Below, piece by piece: positions 55,201-64,000 of a stretch of 64,000 nucleotides of DNA (position 1 is the stretch's first letter; each line of letters starts with the position of its first letter). The stretch is from Eledone cirrhosa (Eukaryota). The stretch spans positions 124,001 to 188,000 of the forward strand of contig CAXHJY010000941.1 of assembly GCA_964016885.1 (NCBI GenBank). The letters are read 5' to 3'. The notes beneath the pieces were generated by a model. That model did not search any database, had not been told where the DNA came from, and was given only the letters and a program-made list of their open reading frames with translations. Position numbers and translations under genes: made by a program.

Positions 55201-57177
55201 AAAGTAATATTTAAATAAAATATGAGTAAGTCTTGGAGATTAAAATAGTAATAACCTAATGTCTAGAATCAGAGAGGATTGAAAACACTGTGGAAATGAA
55301 TGGCAGTTTTTATAAGCAAAAGAATGTTTCTTTTTATGCAGATTAGACAATATAAGGTATATGATAATAAATGATAGAAAACAGAGTATAATATTAGCAT
55401 AGTCTATTATTGAACAATGTTAAATTATAAAAATATTGTATGCAAGTGATTTGAGAACTACACTATATATTAAAAGCAATAATAAATATTCTTTTGGTTT
55501 TTAAAGTTTCAGTCATTAAAGCACTGACTTCAAAAGTTAAGATGATCATATCAATCTCAGTACTTATTTCAGTTTTACCAATCTCCATTTGTCGAAATGT
55601 GAACTTACAGGATATAAATGGATAACAATGTAACACCAATTTTTAGAATGGTATAAACATAAACACAGACATGAAGATAGACATACACACACATACACAC
55701 TCATACAAGGTGCTTCCCATTTATCAAATTCTATTCACAAGGTATTGGTGAAGTTGAGGCTATAGTAGAAGGCATTTCCCTAGATGGAACACCTATATAT
55801 GTCAGAAAAATACTGGAAATGGTAAAGACAATAACTTTTTTTTAATTTAGTCACAGGAGAATTGGTGGAACACAAGATCTTTGCAGGTCTAGTGAGATCA
55901 ATATGATTGATGTTCAGTTTGTAGGTGTATGTCTGTATGACAGATGAGAACAAGGACAAGGACAAGATTCCAGTTGACTGCAATTCTAGCCAGATAGAAC
56001 TCAATAGAAAATAATTTAGTGTAAGGATGACCCCCCACCCCCCTCACCAAAAACAGGCTGTTTTATGTGGGCTTCAATGGACGTGGATGCAGGAAACTGG
56101 TTAAAAAGATACAAAAGCTGTTACATTAACAATAGAAGAGACAAACGGATGAAACAATGCAATTGTAGGCTAGTGGTTGTAACATATCCCAACTACACTT
56201 TCCCATCGTCAAAGATGCCAAACCCTGATAATATCATTCTTCTCTAGAACAATTGAAAAAGACAGGAAATAGTTCACACGCACATACACTTACCAACACA
56301 TGGGCAGCCACATATTTTCCTACAATTTTAGCCCTCACTCCTAATATGTGCACCCAGTATACACTGTAAAATGGCTGGTGATAGTAAGAGCATCCAGCTA
56401 TAGTAGGCTTGCCAAACAAAATGTTGGAAGGACCCTTCAGTTGTGTCAAAGACATGATGGTCTCCCTAGTGTTGGTATTATGATAAAATGCACTCGGCAG
56501 AATGTGGGACTGTATGCAAGTGATATGCAGGTATCTGGCCCATCTGAGGGGTTAGTAACCACTCATGAATACCGACTGTCTGTGAAGACCCTTCCAAACC
56601 TTACTAGCAGTGGAAATAGGCATTAAATAATGATGATATATATATATATTACACATATTCACTCTAACTGTAAAGTATCAAGTGATGAGGAAGAAAATAA
56701 TGGAGGGTTTGATATTGAGGTTTCAAATGGACTAGTTAGTATTTTTCTAGTAATAATGTTTAAAATGGTTGTAGTGATAATGATAGTAGTAGGAGGGATG
56801 AGATTGTTGTTGTTTATCTCCAGCTGAATTCTGATTCCACAAACTTACGATCAAAGATTTTTTCATCTATAATTGGTATTAAGGGGTGATGACAAAGCAT
56901 CATTAGTAACCAGAATGGTTGAGTGGTAGAGTGGAAATCCACTGAGTGGAAACAATAAAATCAGCACCAAGAAGCTAATCCAATTCCAACACATTCATAT
57001 TCTTCACATCCTCACCTGTTTATTTATGTCATATATCTACTTATTTATTTACTTTTGCATTATAAATGAGCTGAAATTTATACAATTTTATTCATGCAAA
57101 CCAACTGAGTACTATATTTCTTATTATTATTAACAACAATATATACAAGAATGTTAAAATCTCTCAACAGTAGCAGC

Positions 57178-57208
<31 letters not shown>

Positions 57209-58251
57209 AAAACCTCCACTAAAGCTACAACAAACAATTCTCTGCAATTACATGATTGTCCAGAAGGACCACATTAAGTTAATGGTGTTCATAGACCAGC
57301 ATAATAACATAGCAACAGATGGGATGGAATTAAACTAATTGTTCATTAAAGCAAAAACATACAGATTCCTAATAAAGACAACACCAGGAATCTACATGGA
57401 ACACCTGGAAAGTTTCCCAAATGATGTAAAAGATTTTATGAAAAAGTCCCAAAACAAAGATACTTCAGGGATGCTTCAGACACTTTCAGGTAGAACAGTC
57501 CTAACCTTGGATTACTAAAAGTGACTACCATTAAATCAGGGTGACCTACTCCCATTTTACTTCCATTTCTTATCTTCCTCTTTGAATGGCCATATTAAAA
57601 ATAGGCAAAATAAATGTATGTGGCTTGCAGTTGAGATGAAGCAGAGACACTTGCTCAATGACCTCAGGACACTACATCAACATGTGATAGCTTTTAGTTA
57701 GATGAAAATTTCTGAGATGCACTTGCTTGCTTCGATACTGGATGACTAAAAATCCTGTTTCATGTGGCTAGCCTGGTTCAAGCAGTGTAGCAGAAGTACC
57801 TAGAGATAAGAACAGTTTTTCATGACCAGTGGTCAGATATGAGCAGTAGTGAGTGACAGTAGTGCTTTCAAACTAGTGGTACTTTATGCCCATCAGGGGC
57901 TGGAAAATCAAATAAATGCCTAAGACAAATCAATAAAGGGCACTAATAGAGTAGGGTTTTTTTTTCTACAATTCTAGCTAATTCCTCTCAAAATAACAAC
58001 TCAAACTTACTTTTAAGAAGTTTATTTTATGTATCTACCTAAATGTTCTGAAGACTAGGATTTTAATCACCTGTTTAGACATTCCCTATGCTCCGATGAT
58101 TCCAGACATCCCCTGGAAGAAACAATTGTCAGCAAATAAATGTATTAAACTAAGATTTGATTGTTTTAATATTTTGTATATATATATATATATATATATA
58201 TATTTGAATTTGTTTTGCGAGATTTCTAATCTCAAAACGTGTTGAAACAGA

Positions 58252-58465
58252 TATTGTTATACTTTGGGAGGGTCATGCTGCCAATAGAAACACAGGCACC
58301 AGTTGGGTTTCACTTCAATTTATTATAAGTTTCCAGTTGGTTGGTTGGATAACTGGAAGGTTGTTTATATATTGTCAAAGCTCTTTCGTCACACAGTCTG
58401 TGACCTCAGTGACTAGGTTTTTATTTTGTGTCTCCCCTTTGTTCTGCCCTACACCATCTTGTTTT
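58252..58465 (-). mobile_element. Solo Penelope-like terminal repeat (copy of 35985-36200)
   Basis: Co-linear similarity, including a decayed hammerhead at 58374-58413. Confidence 0.75.
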
Positions 58466-58484
58466 TTGTTCTGCCTGAAAAAAC

Positions 58485-58515
<31 letters not shown>

Positions 58516-58747
58516 CAGGGAGAAAGAGACGATTATGAGGAAGAAAAATATATTTTTTCCTTTTTTCTGTCTCTCAGTCTCTTTTTTCTGGGTTAGAAAA
58601 TGATTAAAACAAAATGTTTTACTTTGTGTGAAGTGTTAAGGTATTAGTTGATTTATTTATTATTTAACAATGTCATTTATTTATCTATTTAATTATTGTC
58701 TATTACCGGTTTCTGCATTTATAAATTTCCAGTTATATATATATATA

Positions 58748-61070
58748 TTTCATTTCATTTCATTTTACGTCCGCTTTTCCCTGCTTACAAGGGTGGGACG
58801 GGTCTTATTCAGCACAGCATCTCTCCACTTGTCACGGTCCTTCGTCATCTCCACCGTGAGCTTCAATGATCTGAGGTCTGTTCTCACCACCTCCGCCCAT
58901 GTTTTTCGTGGTCTACCTCTACCATGTCTTCCTTCAACTGGCATTTCCTGGCACATCTTCACCCATCGGTCATCCTCCATGCGCATCACATGTCCATACC
59001 ACCTCAGTCTCCTCTCCCGTACACTACATTCTATCCCTCTCAGACACAGTTTCTCTCTCAACACCTTTATGCTGGGTCGTTCACGCACATTGACACTGCA
59101 CATCCAACGGAGCATGCTTGCCTCATTTCTCTCCAGCCGTTGCATATCCTCTGCAGTTGCTGCCCATGTCTCACTACCATGAGTATCGCGCTCCTCACAC
59201 AGGCATCATATAACCGGCCTTTCGTACGCAGGGAGAAACCCTTCTTCATCAACAGAGGAAGCAGCTCCCTAAACTTCTTCCAACCCGTCCTTATTCTAGA
59301 TACTATGGCCTCGGAACACCCCCCCCCCATCCCATGCTAATCTCATCTCCTAGGTACCAGAAGCTATCCACCACTTCTATAGCTCCCGCCTGCATTTGAA
59401 AAATGTGTCTATCAATGCGACTTCTACTGTCTAATTTTCCTGTACATCTACTGCATATGTATTTATCCCTACCTGTTAGTTTGCCTGCTATCCCACTACA
59501 TTTCTTGTGTACCCAGGATCTGCATTGTGTGAATTTTATAGAATTTATGCCAGTTCCTTTTCTGCATATTGAACATGGCCATTTCCCTGATGGAATCAGA
59601 GTTTTGTCCTCTTTTCTACTCATCAACATTTTTGTCTTAGCTAGGTTCACTCTCAGTCCTCTTGCTTCCAACTGCTGTTTCCATAGCCAGAATTTATTCT
59701 CTAGCTCCTCTACTGATTCTGCTATAAGAACCAGATCATCAGCATAGAGAAGTTCCCATGAACAGCCAGTCTTAAACTCCTCTGTTATGGCTTGGAGGAG
59801 TATAATGAACAAGAGCGGGCTGAAGACCGAACCTTGATGTTCTCCTACTTGTATCTGGAATTCCTCACTAAACTCCATTCCTACCCTGACTTTACTGACA
59901 GTACCTCTGTACAAAGTTTGCACTGTCTTCACAAGCCATTCCTCAACACCTAGTTTCCTTAGGGACCACCAGATGACAGATCGGGGTACCCTATCAAAGG
60001 CCTTCTCTAGCTCAACAAAGGCTAAGTATAGTGGCTTATTTTTCTGGAAGAACCTCTCTTGTAATTGTCTCATCAAGAAGACGGCATCTGTTGTACTCTT
60101 TCCAGGCACAAAACCAAACTGCATCTCATCTAGTTTGACCCTTTCTCTAATTAGTTGTGCTAATATCCTTTCTGCCACTTTCATAACCTGATCCATCAGT
60201 TTTATACCCCTATAATTGCTCCTCTCCAGAGCATCCTCTTTACCTTTGTAGCAATTTATGAGAATACTGCTGCACCAGTCTTTGGGTATCACACCACCAT
60301 ATATAACCTGATTGATGATGCGTGCAACCAGTTTAGTGCCTATATACCCTGATGCCTTCAGCAGCTATCCAGCAGCCTTACCATTGCCCATTTCCTTAAT
60401 CGCCTCTTGGACCCTATATTTGTCAATCTCAATAGCTGGTCCCTCTGTCGGATCTACTGAGGGTAATTTTTCTCGCTCCCATTTGTTCTCCACATTCATC
60501 AGTCTCTCATAATGACATTTCCAGGCCTCCTTTTTCTGGTCATTCGTGACACTAAGTATACCGGCATCATTCCGGACACATTTATCTCCAACAACATCCT
60601 GATTTGCATTGACACACTGCCTTGCAATGTGGAACACCACACGCCTCTGATCTTCCCGTCGCAGAACATTGGCAAACCTCCTACTCTCAGCCTCCCTGCA
60701 TGCTAAGTACACCTGATGTCTAGCTTCAATCTTAGTGGCTTTATATACACATCTTGAAGGGCTTTCCTAAATTTGTATTTTAGTGAAAGGTCTTTTAGCT
60801 TCCAGACCTTTCTTCTCCACACCTTCCTGTATGTCTCATTCCATCTCTTGCTTACTGAGATATCACTAATGACTAACCTATGCTGTTGGGTACATTCTTC
60901 CCCAGGGTATGCCTTGGTATTAGACACTATCTGCCTGTCCCGCTGCCTAACTAGTAAGAAGTCAATCTGGCTTATGTGCTCGCCAGATTTGTAGGTTATT
61001 AGGTGGTTAGCAGGTTTCTGGAAGTTAGTGTTGCAAATAGTCAGTGTACTTGCATCACAAAATTCAAAGT
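58748..61070 (-). mobile_element. RTE-clade LINE family B (5'-truncated, internally deleted)
   Basis: SQIDFLL, QQHRL, LYADD, PHD-like finger; ORF ends inside the terminal tail KTRPTLVSREKRT* then (ATGAA)n. Confidence 0.93.
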
Positions 61071-61522
61071 CAACAGTTGACATGATTTTGATTTTGTATC
61101 AGTACTGACGGTAATATATATATATATATATGTATTTGAGTGGTGTGTGTGTTCGTATGCATGAGTGTTGATGTGTGAGTGGCATGTGTGTTTGTAGTTT
61201 GTATACATGAGTGTTGGTGTGTGTGGTGTGTGTGTCGTGTCAATAAGTGGGTTTTTTTATGACTATGCTGTAAAATGGAGGGGTAGAGAGGGCCCTTGAG
61301 TCTAGTAAGACATCCTCTCTAGTGCTGGTGACACAAATAAAAGCACCGAGTCGATGCTGTAAAGTGGCACTGGTGTTAGGAAGGGCATCCAACCAGTGTA
61401 TCAATGCCAAAACGCTTATCAGCACAGCAACAAATAGATATATATCATCATAATCATCATCGTTTAACGCCCACTTTCCACGCTAGCATGGGTTAGACTA
61501 TATATATATAATATATATACTC

Positions 61523-61560
<38 letters not shown>

Positions 61561-61589
61561 CTATATATATATATATACTATATATATAT

Positions 61590-63896
61590 ATCATCATCAT
61601 CATCATCAAGGTTTAGCATCCGTGTTCCACGCTTGCATGGGTTTGGACGGGGGTTTTCCCACCCGAGGCAAGAGTGGTTGTCTTGCTCGCATAGGACTGC
61701 CTGGCGGGTTTTCTACAGCTGGATGCCCTTCCTAACACCAACCACATTTACAGTGTGGGGCTGGGAGGTTTTTACCGTGTTGCCTACACGGCCACATTAC
61801 AGTGTGGACTGTCTGGCGGGTTTTCTACAGCTGGATGCCCTTCCTAGCACCAACCACATTTACAGTGTGGGGCTGGGAGGTTTTTACCGTGTTGCCTACA
61901 CGGCCACATTACAGCGTGGACTGTGTGTTTTTTTGTCGTGACACCTACACGATCTCATTTGTTTCGGCCTGGATGTTGTGGCACCAACATAACTTTACAT
62001 TGAAAGGGGCGGTGTGGATGAGGTGGGGGTGGTGGGACGGGGGTGTGTTTTGATAGAGATGCCTACTGACTGTAGTAGGTTTTTACTTTGTATTTAGGTT
62101 AGGCGGGTCTTCTCTATTACTGAGTACCGCCAAAGGTCTCGGTCCAGTGACATTGTCTTGGAGAGGTGTAAGCGTGTGAGGTCGGAATTTATCATGTCGT
62201 CCCAGGTTTTTCTGGGTCTGCCTACTCCGTGGCTATCTTTATTGCCCAGGCACTTTGTTATACAGCTGTCGTCTTCCATGCGCATCACGTGACCGTACCA
62301 ACGTAGCCTTCTCTCGAGTAAACAACATCTGATCCCTCTTATTTCTAATTTTTTCCTTAGTTCGTTTATGCTTAGACGTTCACGTATATTACTATTGCAC
62401 ATCCAGCGGTGCATGCAAGATTCGTTCCTCTCTAGTCTGCGTATATCCTCTGCACACAATGCCCAGGTCTCACTGCCATGCAGCATTGTTGTTCGTATGC
62501 AGGCATCGTATAACCTGCCTTTCATTTTCAGGGAGAACCCTCTAGCGGCTAATAATGGTATAAGCTCTCTGAACTTTTTCCATCCAGTTCTGACTCTAGC
62601 TACTGTACTTTCAGAGCACCCTCCCCCACTGCTGATTTTGTCACCCAGGTAACGGAAGCTGTCCACTATTTCTATAGAACCCTCTGCACAATTGAAAGAG
62701 CTAGTATTTTGTGGCCACTTGCTGCTACTTATTGCACCAGAGCACCGGCCACATGTAAAATCTATGTTCTTAGTTAGCTTACCTGTGATCCCACTACATC
62801 TTTTATGCACCCATACTTTGCATTTGGGACATAAATTGGAGTTTCTACCTACGCCTTTCCTACACACTGAGCATGGCCATTTCCCGGAAGGGACCACCGC
62901 CTTATTTTCTTTCCTACAAACTAGAACTTTAGTCTTAGCCAGGTTAATTTTAAGGCCTTTTGATTCTAGGCCGTGCTTCCATGTTTGGAATTTCTTCTCT
63001 AGTTCGGTCATTGATTCAGCTATGAGCATTAGATCATCTGCGTATAGGAGTTCCCATGGGCAGCCGGTCTTGAACTCCTCTGTTATAGCCTGAAGGGCAA
63101 TAATAAATAGTAGGGGGCTAAGAACAGAGCCCTGATGGACACCAACTTTTACGCTAAACTCTTCACTATATTCGTTGTTAATTCTAACCTTGCTGACTGT
63201 TTCTTTATACATGGCTTGTATAGCTCTCACAAGCCATTCGTCAACACCTAGTTTTCTAAGAGCCCACCAGATAATGGAACGGGGGACTCTGTCGAAGGCT
63301 TTCTCCAAGTCAACAAAAGCTAAGTATAGGGGTTTACTTTTAGCTAGGTACTTCTCCTGTAGTTGTCATACAATGAAAAGAGCGTCTGTGGTACTTTTGC
63401 CTGACACAAACCCGAACTGCATTTCATCTAGATCAATTCTCTCTCTGATTAGTTGCGCTATTACTTTTTCCGTGACCTTCATGACCTGGTCGATTAATTT
63501 AATTCCTCTATATTTACACCTATCTAGGGCATCTTCTTTACCCTTGTAACAGTTAATCATGATGCTGCTATGCCAGTCCTTCGGAACAACCCCATTCTGT
63601 ATGACTTGGTTTACTACCCAGGTGACCATGGTGTGTCCCACCGTTCCAGAGGCTTTCAGCATCTCAGCAACTATTTCCGAAGGCCCAGCTGCCTTACCCG
63701 TCTTCATATCTTTGATTGCCTTACTTATTATACTACCTTCGACTAACACTGCTGGTCCCTCTATTGGGTCGATGTGGGGGAGACTGTCTTTCTCCCATTT
63801 CTTCTCCTCATTTAGAAGCCTTTCGTAGTGACACTTCCAAGCTACCTTCTTATCAGCGTCAGTGATGGCAAGTATGCCATCATCATTAAGTACACA
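61590..63896 (-). mobile_element. RTE-clade LINE family A, copy 3 (5'-truncated)
   Basis: ORFs 62094..63308 and 63366..63899; (GAT)n tail; flanked by (TA)n. Confidence 0.95.
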
Positions 63897-63937
63897 CATA
63901 TATATATACTATATAGATATACTACATATATATATAC

Positions 63938-63970
<33 letters not shown>

Positions 63971-64000
63971 CTATATATATATATATATATATTATATATA

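Overview
AT-rich, repeat-saturated eukaryotic DNA with no confidently identifiable host gene. The SINE and RTE repertoire suggests a coleoid cephalopod, probably Octopus (inference). The window holds four large 5'-truncated RTE-clade LINEs whose RT carries an inserted C4HC3 (PHD-type) finger, older RTE, CR1 and Tx1/L1 fragments, three CRE-like restriction-like-endonuclease (RLE) retroelement copies, a Penelope-like (GIY-YIG) relic, a pogo/POGK-type transposase relic, TTAA-flanked piggyBac-type MITEs, two tRNA-derived SINE families and many (TA)n, (CA)n and (ATC)n microsatellites. The most notable signal is invisible in the ORF track: between about 14.5 and 22 kb, four sequence-unrelated, non-coding inserts sit inside (TA)n tracts and each carries a type I hammerhead ribozyme motif, three of them in inverted or palindromic arrangements. 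A fifth, decayed hammerhead family lies at the 3' end of the GIY-YIG relic, linking these motifs to Penelope-like biology. All folds and family assignments were made by eye; no search or folding program was run.
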